Shown: positions 18,909-27,571 of the stretch, one piece after another | How the letters are laid out: the number at the start of each line of letters is the position of its first letter | Position numbering within the stretch: the first letter of the stretch is position 1 | Assembly (NCBI GenBank): GCA_039978775.1 | Contig: JBDWAR010000023.1 | Coordinates: 18,304 to 82,303 of the forward strand | Source: Luteolibacter sp. | GTDB lineage: Bacteria > Verrucomicrobiota > Verrucomicrobiia > Verrucomicrobiales > Akkermansiaceae | Direction of reading: 5' to 3' | Length of the DNA: 64,000 bases | The notes under the pieces: model-generated | The model's input: the letters and a program-made list of their open reading frames with translations, nothing else | Database searches by the model: none | What the model was told of the DNA's origin: nothing | Translations under genes and position numbers: made by a program

Positions 18909-19628
18909 ATGAAAAAAACACTAACAACTCTAAGCGCAGGCCTGCTGATGGCAGGCGCAGCACACGCGGCGACAACCGCTTTGAACTTGGCAGCCGCTGG
19001 TAACTACTCTGCTTCTGGGACAACCACCACGACTGAAACGATAAGTACGGCTGTCACGGTCTCGACCTCAGTGACTATCGGCACGACCGGTTCATTCGAT
19101 ATCGTGTATACCCTTGGTTCTACTGGGGGCGCGAATTCGTTCGTTAATTCGACTGGATCCCAATATGGAGTTGGGTCTGATACTGATATTTCCGCTCACT
19201 ATAGCACTCTCGAGGGTAGCGATGCTGAAGGCATTTCATTCACCGGTCTCACAGTCACCAATTTCGTGGCGGGCGACAGCGGACTCACAGTCGGCGACAT
19301 CACCGATTTGACATTCACGACCGTATCGTTCAATAATGTAAACAATGCTCAAGATGGTGTGAATATATCTTTCACCAGCTTTGGTGACGCCGGAGCATTC
19401 AATCAGAATCTAAGTGCAACTGGGACTCCCTACACGCATGATCTGACAGCTCAAGGTAATTACAGCGCACCAGCTACCAGCTTGTTTCTTGAGAATGACA
19501 ATGCTTTCGGCTCTAACCGCTGGGCTATCGAAGGACTTGAAGTCTTTTACAACATTCCCGAGCCATCCTCGACTGCTCTTGTCGGACTTGGCTTTGCTGG
19601 TCTTCTGCTTCGCAGAAAGCGTAACTAA
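18909..19628 (+). CDS. PEP-CTERM sorting domain protein
   Basis: Signal peptide; Thr/Ser-rich; ends IPEPSSTALVGLGFAGLLLRRKRN. Confidence 0.93.
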   Translation: MKKTLTTLSAGLLMAGAAHAATTALNLAAAGNYSASGTTTTTETISTAVTVSTSVTIGTTGSFDIVYTLGSTGGANSFVNSTGSQYGVGSDTDISAHYSTLEGSDAEGISFTGLTVTNFVAGDSGLTVGDITDLTFTTVSFNNVNNAQDGVNISFTSFGDAGAFNQNLSATGTPYTHDLTAQGNYSAPATSLFLENDNAFGSNRWAIEGLEVFYNIPEPSSTALVGLGFAGLLLRRKRN

Positions 19629-19651
19629 GCGATAAGCTTGAGATTTCTCTA

Positions 19652-19685
19652 AATACCTCCAGGTGAATGCCTGGGGGTGTTTTTG
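19652..19685 (+). terminator. Rho-independent terminator
   Basis: ATACCTCCAGG-TGAATG-CCTGGGGGTGT followed by a T run. Confidence 0.65.
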
Positions 19686-19869
19686 TGTCATGATGGGCGG
19701 TGGGAGAATTGATTCGGAGTGGCGCGCAGCACTTTTGTACCAATGGCATTTCAAGTGTGGTGAGCATCGCCGCTTTTGCTTCTTCTGATGCGTCTCGAAA
19801 TCGTTCCAGTCGGATGGATTCATTGAGGCTGGCACGAGATTAGGCCGATTATCGTAGAACGGGCAAAGA

Positions 19870-20150
19870 TGGCCGCTCAGCGCCGTCGTTTCTGTGGAAT
19901 CGCTACGGCACCCGTCTGCATCCGATCCCGATGCTTGTATGTAGCCAGCGTCAGAGGTGAGAGGCTTCCACGTTCATTCTGAATCGTGCCGCGCCCTTTC
20001 CTGGACGGCTTGGAGAGACCGTCCCTGCGCCGGCCAGCTCCTTCTCTATCGCAGCAAAGCGCACATCCGCATAGCGCAGGAAGATCCGCCCGAGCACGGT
20101 GGGCGAGTCATCGGAGGGTTTAAGATCCGCTCCTGCCCAGAGCATGTTCG
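19870..20150 (-). pseudogene. Type I restriction-modification HsdM N-terminal remnant
   Basis: LWAGAD-LKPSDDSPTVLGRIFLRYADVRFAAIEKEL resembles the HsdM_N LW.AAD...LK.SEYS.PVLGLIFLRYAD.RF motif, then decays. Confidence 0.6.
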
Positions 20151-20240
20151 GAGCCGAATGCCGCGTAATCCAGCCCTCGGCAACTACTGCGCCACTGCCA
20201 CTTCATTGTTTCTAGATGGTTTGTGAACGGGACTACGCTG

Positions 20241-20313
20241 GATGTCGTCCCCGAGCCCCGCCATGCTCCTCGGCGGTCTCGGCGTGTTGGCACTCCTTCG
20301 TCGCGGCAAGTAA
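20241..20313 (+). pseudogene. Orphan, frameshifted PEP-CTERM tail
   Basis: DVVPEP, then in a shifted frame AMLLGGLGVLALLRRGK*; followed by gcaggact (cf. gcgggatt after 18539). Confidence 0.7.
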
Positions 20314-20430
20314 GCAGGACTCGCTTCTAAAGCTCCTCGCGAGGGACGCACGGTTTTCGAACCGGCGTCCCTTATTTTTTGGTCAACTAACCCCGGTCAC
20401 GGCTCCGAGTGCTCGATATATTACCGCCTC

Positions 20431-20449
20431 ATCGCTCAAACGAGCGATA
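20431..20449. promoter_or_regulatory. 19-bp palindromic operator, copy 3
   Basis: ATCGCTCAAACGAGCGATA (17/19 identical to copies 1-2; perfect 7-4-7 inverted repeat), upstream of the sulfatase operon. Confidence 0.72.
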
Positions 20450-20590
20450 CACAAAGGGAGGGATCCAGCTAGTTTTCTGAGGAAGGGTGGCTGTCCGATC
20501 CTCGTTTGCTCCATTCTCACTGTATCCGTTGCAAAATATTTGTCTCAATAGGGCGAAAGAACTCAACTTTAATTTAGAAACAACCATCCC

Positions 20591-22000
20591 ATGCACCACC
20601 TGCTTTTGAAATTATACACTGCCATTGTATTGCCGCTCCTTTGTGCAGGCAACGTCTCCGCGGAGACACCGGAAGACAGCCGCCCCAACATCATTTTCAT
20701 CTTTGCGGATGACTGGGGTTACGGCGATATCGGTATCCACGGCAGCACTTTTTGCGATACGCCGAACCTCGACAAGATGGCGAAGGAGGGGATCGACTTC
20801 GCGAACTTCACGGTGAACAGCCCGGTCTGCTCACCCAGCCGGGTGGCGGTGATGACGGGTCAGTTTCCTGCACGCCATAGCATCCATCAGCACTTCCAGA
20901 GTGTGAAGGCGCACATCAAGAGGGGCATGTCCGATTGGCTCGATGTGCAGGCACCGATGCTGCCGCGTTTCCTCAAAGAGGCGGGATATAAGACTGGACA
21001 CTTCGGCAAATGGCACCTCGGCAGCTCCGGCGACTCACCGACAGAGGATAAATACGGCTACGACAGCTTCGCGACCTTCAACGGCTCCGGGGTGAATGAG
21101 ATCAAGAAGGAAGGGCTGGCCTCCGTGGATCACGCGGAGAAGTTCATCCGCGAAAACAAGGATCAGCCGTTTTTCGTGAATCTCTGGCTGCACGAGGTTC
21201 ACACCGCACATTTCCCGCAGGAGCGTTATCTGGAAAAATTCAAGGATCTCAACGAGGCGGAGCGCGTCTATGCGTCGGTCATTGCCGAGGGAGATGAGGC
21301 GGTCGGTCGCATCATGAAAGTGCTCGACGAGCTCGGTATCGATGACAACACCCTGGTTGTTTTCTCCACCGACAACGGCCCGGAATCCTCCGATGACGAG
21401 AAAGAGCACAAGGACACCGGCGGGCTCGGTAAGTTCTATTCGGTCGGTGAAACGGCCGGCTTGAAAGGGGAGAAGCGTTCCCTGTTCTCCGGTGGCATCC
21501 GCGTGCCGTTCATCGTTCGCTGGCCGGGCGTGGCTCCGGCGGGGACGGTTGATAAAACCTCCTTCGTGACTGCCGTGGACTTGCTTCCGACCTTTCTCGC
21601 TGCGGCGAAGGTGCCTCTCCAGAAGGATTACGCGCCGGACGGGGAAAATATTTTACCTGCCTTCAAAGGGGAAGGATTCACGAGAACCAAACCCATTTTC
21701 TGGGAATGGCGCGGTGGCACCAGTAAGGACTACACCTGGCCTTCGCTCGCCATCCAGGAAGGCAAGTGGAAGCTCCTCGTGAACAAGGAAGAGAATAAGC
21801 TGGAGCTCTACGACTTGGAGAACGACTGGGCGGAGAAGAATGATCTCGCCGCCGATTTCCCGGAAGTCGTCAAGGAATTGGGCAAAAAACTCGATGCCTG
21901 GAAAGAGTCCCTACCCACGGAGCCTCCCGCAAACGCGCTTTCCCAAGCACGCGGCAAGGTGAAGAAGGATAAGAAAGAGAAAGAGGAGAAGGTGAAATAG
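20591..22000 (+). CDS. Formylglycine-dependent (S1) sulfatase
   Basis: PNIIFIFADDWG, CSPSRVAVMTG, GKWHLG, FSTDNGP, GIRVPFIVRWPG. Confidence 0.95.
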   Translation: MHHLLLKLYTAIVLPLLCAGNVSAETPEDSRPNIIFIFADDWGYGDIGIHGSTFCDTPNLDKMAKEGIDFANFTVNSPVCSPSRVAVMTGQFPARHSIHQHFQSVKAHIKRGMSDWLDVQAPMLPRFLKEAGYKTGHFGKWHLGSSGDSPTEDKYGYDSFATFNGSGVNEIKKEGLASVDHAEKFIRENKDQPFFVNLWLHEVHTAHFPQERYLEKFKDLNEAERVYASVIAEGDEAVGRIMKVLDELGIDDNTLVVFSTDNGPESSDDEKEHKDTGGLGKFYSVGETAGLKGEKRSLFSGGIRVPFIVRWPGVAPAGTVDKTSFVTAVDLLPTFLAAAKVPLQKDYAPDGENILPAFKGEGFTRTKPIFWEWRGGTSKDYTWPSLAIQEGKWKLLVNKEENKLELYDLENDWAEKNDLAADFPEVVKELGKKLDAWKESLPTEPPANALSQARGKVKKDKKEKEEKVK

Positions 22001-22027
22001 ACCGCTCCGGCAAACCCAATTCAACTC

Positions 22028-23473
22028 ATGGAAAAAATGAAAATTCTACTATTCCCGCTGACCATACTGGTCTCTGGCATTCTGCCACTTCAGGCGCAAA
22101 AAGAATCCGAAAAGCAGAATCCCGACATCAGCTTTGAGCACCGCTTCGCCGGTGACCTTCAGCAGACACCGGACTCGATCGCCAGACAAGAGCTCTGGTT
22201 CCGCGATGCGAAGTTTGGCGCGTTCATCCACTTTGGAGTCTATTCCGCATTGGAAGGAGAGTATGAGGGGCGTGGCGCGCAGCACCGGTATTCCGAGTGG
22301 GTTCAGATTTCCGCGAAAATGTCGGCTGATGAGTATCGGAAGGTGGCGGCAAATTTCAATCCGGCCGAGTTCAATGCCGACGAGTGGGCGAAAGTTTTCA
22401 AGGATTCCGGCATCCGCTATGTGGTCATCACCTCGAAGCATCACGACGGCTTCGCCTTGTTTGATTCGATGGTCAGCGACTACAACATCGTCGATTTCAC
22501 CCCGTTCAAGCGTGACATCATCAAGGAACTCAGCGAGGCGTGCCATGCTCAGGGATTGAAGTTCGGTGTCTATTATTCGCAGGCGCAGGATTGGGATGAA
22601 CCGGATGCTCCATTCATTAAACCACGATTCAACGGGCACCGGGCGATCATCCACCCTGATCTGCCAGAGGACTTCAAGCCGGACATGGATCGCTACATTG
22701 CCAAAAAGAGCCTGCCGCAGGTGGAAGAGTTGGTGAAAAATTATGAGCTCGATCTGATCTGGTTCGACACCCCATCCGACATGACCTTCGAGCGTGCCAA
22801 GCAGTTCAGTGATGTGGTCCGTAAATACCGTCCCAACTGCCTGATCAATTCCCGGATCATTCATGGGGGCAAGGATCAGATCAAAGCCGAGAATCTTCCG
22901 CTCTTCGATTATGTTTCAATCGGCGACAAGGAAGTGCCGGATCGGAAGCTTCCGCTCTATTTCGAGTCTCCCGACAGCGTCAGCTCCTCCTTCGGCTACA
23001 AGACCAAAGGCGACCACTACTACCACACGGAACAAGAGATGATTCATCGCTTTGTTCATACGGTCTGTGCCGGCGGGAACGCTCTGATCAACAACGGCCC
23101 GATGGGCAACGGTAAGCTGGATCCCGAAGCGATCCGCATCTACGGCGCTATGGGCGTCTGGCTCAAGGACAACGGGGAGTCGATTTATGAAACACGTCGC
23201 AACCCGCTGCCCAACCGCCCGGAATGGGGCGACTGCTCTGTCAGCAAAGACGGCAAGACGCTTTATCTCCATGTCCTCGAATGGCCGGAGTCCGGCAGCC
23301 TCACGGTGAATGACCTTTCCGCCGAAGCGACATCCGCGGTGTATCTGCAAAACGGCGAAAAAGCTGAATTTGTGCAGGATGGCTCCTCCATGAAAATCAC
23401 GCTGCCTGCCGAGCCGCTGAATGAATACGATACCGTGGTGAAAATCACCTTCGGAACCAGCGTCGGGGAGTAG
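22028..23473 (+). CDS. Alpha-L-fucosidase, GH29
   Basis: WFRDAKFGAFIHFG, FNP.EFNADEW, TSKHHDGF.LFDS, LIWFD, LINNGP.GNG. Confidence 0.92.
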   Translation: MEKMKILLFPLTILVSGILPLQAQKESEKQNPDISFEHRFAGDLQQTPDSIARQELWFRDAKFGAFIHFGVYSALEGEYEGRGAQHRYSEWVQISAKMSADEYRKVAANFNPAEFNADEWAKVFKDSGIRYVVITSKHHDGFALFDSMVSDYNIVDFTPFKRDIIKELSEACHAQGLKFGVYYSQAQDWDEPDAPFIKPRFNGHRAIIHPDLPEDFKPDMDRYIAKKSLPQVEELVKNYELDLIWFDTPSDMTFERAKQFSDVVRKYRPNCLINSRIIHGGKDQIKAENLPLFDYVSIGDKEVPDRKLPLYFESPDSVSSSFGYKTKGDHYYHTEQEMIHRFVHTVCAGGNALINNGPMGNGKLDPEAIRIYGAMGVWLKDNGESIYETRRNPLPNRPEWGDCSVSKDGKTLYLHVLEWPESGSLTVNDLSAEATSAVYLQNGEKAEFVQDGSSMKITLPAEPLNEYDTVVKITFGTSVGE

Positions 23474-23501
23474 CCCGGGTAACTTTTGTTCTTTAAAAGC
23501 T

Positions 23502-24296
23502 ATGAAGACTTCATTGAGAAAATGTAGGGGGACACTTCTGGCCGTCGTATCTTCCTGTCTCTGCATTGGATCGGTTTACGCCGGGTCGGCGGAGGATGCG
23601 TGGGTGAAATTGGTCGGCGAGAAGTTTTCGGAGCGTCCGGAATTTGCCTTTGTGGAAAATGATCCGGCGTTGCCCAATGTGCTGATCTATGGCGATTCCA
23701 TCTCCATCCATTATACGGAGCGCTTGCGTGAAAAAATGGCGGGCAAGGCGAATGTCTACCGGCTCTATTGCAACGGTGGTGACTCCGGCACGTTCATCAA
23801 AAAAATGACTTACATGCACAAAGTCATGGGCAGCAAGCGACTTGATACGCCTTGGGACTTTCAGTGGGATGTCATCCAGTTCAACGTCGGCCTGCATGAT
23901 CTGAAATACCTTTCAGGACGGAAACTCGACAAGGTGAACGGCGAACAGGTCTCTTCTATCGAGACCTACAAGGAAAACCTTGGCAACATCGTCTCCTACC
24001 TGAAGGAACTGGCTCCACAGGCATCGCTCATCTTCGCAACGACGACTCCCGTCGCGCCGGACGAGGCTGGGCGGAAGGAAGGCGATTCGGAAAAATACAA
24101 TGCCGCCGCCCGCGAAGTGCTTGAGAAGCATCCAGAAATTGTGATCAACGATTTGTTTGCATTCACCAAGCCACACCATTCCGAATGGTGGATTGCTCCG
24201 GACAACGTCCACTACAATGAAGCGGGCTACCAGGCACAGGGGGACGAAGTGGCGCGTGTGATTCGCGGCGTGCTCGCCGCGAACGGGAAAAAATAG
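23502..24296 (+). CDS. SGNH/GDSL hydrolase
   Basis: VLIYGDSIS, FNVGLHD, ATTTPV, DNVHY. Confidence 0.88.
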   Translation: MKTSLRKCRGTLLAVVSSCLCIGSVYAGSAEDAWVKLVGEKFSERPEFAFVENDPALPNVLIYGDSISIHYTERLREKMAGKANVYRLYCNGGDSGTFIKKMTYMHKVMGSKRLDTPWDFQWDVIQFNVGLHDLKYLSGRKLDKVNGEQVSSIETYKENLGNIVSYLKELAPQASLIFATTTPVAPDEAGRKEGDSEKYNAAAREVLEKHPEIVINDLFAFTKPHHSEWWIAPDNVHYNEAGYQAQGDEVARVIRGVLAANGKK

Positions 24297-24313
24297 CCTG
24301 TGAAATCTACGAA

Positions 24314-25288
24314 ATGATCCGAGGAAAATGTATGTTGTTTGTAGTCGTGGCGACGGGCGCGCTGGCGTTGTGTTTTAGCAGCATCGCGTCAGCCCGGCAG
24401 CCTGTTTCGGAAGTCCCCTGGGAAGGGGAGTCCTTTCTGAATGTGATCTACAAGCAGGTCGATGGGCGGCAGATCAGGATGGATATCTATTTGCCGCCGG
24501 GTGAGAAATCCGAGGCGGCGGCTCCTGTCATCTATTACGTGCATGGCGGAGGATGGGCTGCCGGAAGCAAGGCAAAGGGCGGCCTTCCGCTGATGCTGCC
24601 GGTGTTCCGGCAATTGGCTGAAAAGGGTTTCGTCTGCGTGTCCATCGACTACCGGCTCTACAAACCTGGAAATGGTGTGCTGATGCGGGATTGCGTTACG
24701 GATGCAGTGGACGGTCTTCGGTTTCTCAAGAAAGAGGCGAAGCAGTATGGAATTGATCCGGACAAGATCGTGGTGTGGGGCGATTCGGCTGGCGGCCAAC
24801 TTGCCCAGATGTTGGCGCTAGCCGACCCTAAAACATTCCCGGGCGATGAATCGCTTGCAGAGTTCGATGTCCAGCCGATCGCCGGAATTTCCTGGTATGG
24901 CCCCACTGACTTCACCGATACCAAGCTCTTCAAGGTCGACTCATCCGATAAGGAGCCTGATCGTTTCGGCTCGCGAATCACCGGGACGGAAGGCGGGTAT
25001 GCGGAAAATCCGAAAGCCTACGAGGAGATGAGTCCGTATTTTTGGATTTCGAAACAGAGTCCACCGATGCTGCTGATCCAAGGTGACAAAGACACCACGA
25101 TCCCGCTCGCCCATGCACCCCATCTCAAGGAGAAGGCCGACAAGATTGGGGCGGATGTCACGATGATGATTGTGAAGAACGCCGGGCACAACTGGAGGAA
25201 GGTCGGCGGGGAGATCGAACCCAGCCTGGAAGAAATACAACGCATCACGGCGGACTTCGCCTCGCGCCATATCGAGCGCAGTAAGTAG
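24314..25288 (+). CDS. Alpha/beta-hydrolase esterase (BD-FAE/HSL-like)
   Basis: YVHGGGW, SIDYRL, WGDSAGG, IQGDKD.TIP, NAGH. Confidence 0.9.
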   Translation: MIRGKCMLFVVVATGALALCFSSIASARQPVSEVPWEGESFLNVIYKQVDGRQIRMDIYLPPGEKSEAAAPVIYYVHGGGWAAGSKAKGGLPLMLPVFRQLAEKGFVCVSIDYRLYKPGNGVLMRDCVTDAVDGLRFLKKEAKQYGIDPDKIVVWGDSAGGQLAQMLALADPKTFPGDESLAEFDVQPIAGISWYGPTDFTDTKLFKVDSSDKEPDRFGSRITGTEGGYAENPKAYEEMSPYFWISKQSPPMLLIQGDKDTTIPLAHAPHLKEKADKIGADVTMMIVKNAGHNWRKVGGEIEPSLEEIQRITADFASRHIERSK

Positions 25289-25308
25289 GCTGGAAATTTT
25301 AGGATAAC

Positions 25309-27483
25309 ATGAAGGAATTATTGATTTTGATTTTTGCGGCGTTGGTCGCAAGTGGTTGCAGCAACGAGCAAGCTAAGGCGAATGCGGACTTCTATCTGTC
25401 ACCCGAAGGCTCGGACGAGTGGTCAGGAACACTGGCGGAGCCGAATGCGGACAAAACCGACGGGCCGTTTGCGACCTTGGAACGGGTGCGGGATGCAGTT
25501 CGTAAGCTGAGGGAGAACAAGTCGAAGGGGATCTTGGTTCAGGTTCGTGGCGGCACCTACCCGCTTGATGAAACGGTGGTCTTTGGCTTGGAAGACTCGG
25601 GCGCGGGGGAACTGACAATCACCTACGCGGCATATCCGGAGGAAAAACCCGTGTTCAGTTCGGGAAAAGCGGTTGATGGCTGGAAGAAGGTCGATGCTGG
25701 TATCGCCGGATTATCAGAAGCTGCCAATGGGAAATTATGGGTCGCCGATGTCTCGGAGCAGTTTTTCACGCTGTATGATTCCGAAGGACGGTTGCCACGG
25801 GCGCAGTCCGAAAAGTTCATTCCGCTCGAAGGTGGAGGAAAGAACCGGCTGCATTTCCCTGAGGGAAAACTGAAGAACGGGCCGAATGTGGAAGATCTCG
25901 AAATCTTCGTGCGCCCGCATCATGCGTGGATTTTGAACATCCTGCCTGTGGTCTCTGTGGATGAGAAAAAGCAGATTGCCATGACCTCCATCGACGCGAC
26001 GTATTCGATGAATCCGCTCCATTTCCTCAAGACGACGGAATCTTGCTGGGTGGAGAATGCCTTGGACTACTTGGATGAACCGGGTGAATGGGTTCTCAAC
26101 ACCAAGGAAAAGAAGCTCTACCTATGGCCAAGGAAAGAAGGCCAGCCGGAGGGCATTCTGGCACCTTGCCTGGAGGAATTGATCCGGGTGGAGGGCAAGA
26201 TCGACAAGCCGGGGCCGACGGATGTTCCGGTGACGAATCTTCATTTCCGCGGCCTGACCTTCACGCATGGCGACCGCTATCTGGTTAAAGAAGACGATGC
26301 CGGGTTGCAGCACGACTGGGATTTCCTTGATAAGGGCAACGCACTGCTACGCCTGCGCGGGACGGAGAACTGTGTGATCGAACAATGCCACTTTCTCCAG
26401 AGCGGCAGTGGCGCGATCCGGGTGGATCTGCATGGCCAGAAAAACCGGATTTCCGGCAACGTGATCGAGCACATGGGCGGAGCCGGAATCCTGCTCTGTG
26501 GATACGGGCCGGGAACGAAGGATGTGAACAAAGACAATCTCGTCTCGAACAATCACATCCATCACGTTGGGGAAATCTACACCCACTCGCCGGGCATCAT
26601 GGTCTGGCAGAGCGGCGAGAACCGCGTGGCAAACAACCTGATCCACCACACCCCTTATACGGGTCTGATCATTTCCGGCTGCATGACCGATTTCTTCTCG
26701 AAAAACGGTGGGCGGGAACTTGCGAGGACTCTCCGGAAGGATGAGATGCCAGGGCTTCCGAAGAAACCGAAACTGGAAGATGTCCGCCCCTACCTCCACA
26801 CTCATGACAATACTTTCGAATACAACGAGATTCATCACGCGATGGAAATGATGGGGGACGGCAATGCGATCTACATTCGAGGCGCGGGCGCGGGGAACAT
26901 CATCCGGAGAAACTACGTTCACCACTTGGTTGCCCCGATGATCATGCAGGCGGCGATACGGACGGATGGCGGGCAGATGGATACGCTTATCGCCGAGAAT
27001 GTAGTCTATAAATGCACGTCGCAGGGGATCCTGATGAAGCTCAACAACCGTTGTGAAAACAACATCGTCGTGGACATCATCGCTCCGCCGCGCGGTTATT
27101 ACCTATCCCTGCGCGAGGGGCCGCTCACCGGTGCCACCATCCAGCGCAACATCTTCTACTCCACCTATCCGGACACCACGTTCATCGACGAGCTGGAGGC
27201 CAAGAACACCGGTGCAATCGAAGATGCCCGCGGCCGGGAAATCGCCTTCGCCAAAGACGCCGATGCCGATCACAACATCTACTTCAGCACCGTCGATCTG
27301 GCGATGGCGGAGAATTTCCTAGAGAAACAGCAGAAGGACGGGGTGGATCAGCACAGCCTCGCCACGGATCCGCTCTTCGTGGATCCGGAAAACGGCGACT
27401 TCTCCTTCCAGCCCGACTCACCTGCTCACAAGCTCGGCATCGTGCCGATCGATCTGAGCAAGATTGGTCTGATCAAAGACTAG
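25309..27483 (+). CDS. Right-handed beta-helix lipoprotein, GH141-like
   Basis: Lipobox LVASGC; FYLSPEGSD..., DGPFATL, RGGTY.L, ITYAAYP.EKPV.SSG, DGNAIY, PLFVD...GDF. Confidence 0.7.
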   Translation: MKELLILIFAALVASGCSNEQAKANADFYLSPEGSDEWSGTLAEPNADKTDGPFATLERVRDAVRKLRENKSKGILVQVRGGTYPLDETVVFGLEDSGAGELTITYAAYPEEKPVFSSGKAVDGWKKVDAGIAGLSEAANGKLWVADVSEQFFTLYDSEGRLPRAQSEKFIPLEGGGKNRLHFPEGKLKNGPNVEDLEIFVRPHHAWILNILPVVSVDEKKQIAMTSIDATYSMNPLHFLKTTESCWVENALDYLDEPGEWVLNTKEKKLYLWPRKEGQPEGILAPCLEELIRVEGKIDKPGPTDVPVTNLHFRGLTFTHGDRYLVKEDDAGLQHDWDFLDKGNALLRLRGTENCVIEQCHFLQSGSGAIRVDLHGQKNRISGNVIEHMGGAGILLCGYGPGTKDVNKDNLVSNNHIHHVGEIYTHSPGIMVWQSGENRVANNLIHHTPYTGLIISGCMTDFFSKNGGRELARTLRKDEMPGLPKKPKLEDVRPYLHTHDNTFEYNEIHHAMEMMGDGNAIYIRGAGAGNIIRRNYVHHLVAPMIMQAAIRTDGGQMDTLIAENVVYKCTSQGILMKLNNRCENNIVVDIIAPPRGYYLSLREGPLTGATIQRNIFYSTYPDTTFIDELEAKNTGAIEDARGREIAFAKDADADHNIYFSTVDLAMAENFLEKQQKDGVDQHSLATDPLFVDPENGDFSFQPDSPAHKLGIVPIDLSKIGLIKD

Positions 27484-27532
27484 CCAGAGCCGCGCTCTCC
27501 AGAGCTCGGGTGGAAGGTGATAGGCAAAAGAA

Positions 27533-27558
27533 GACTCGCGTTCTTGTGAACGCGAGTC
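27533..27558 (-). terminator. Terminator for gltB
   Basis: GACTCGCGTTC-TTGT-GAACGCGAGTC hairpin with an A-rich left flank. Confidence 0.7.
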
Positions 27559-27571
27559 CGGCTGCCACTCC

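Noticed and set aside
17658-20449. Three 19-bp palindromes as a CRISPR array or recombination sites
   Set aside because: Spacing is 1.1-1.6 kb with whole genes in between; no cas or recombinase gene; positions fit promoters.
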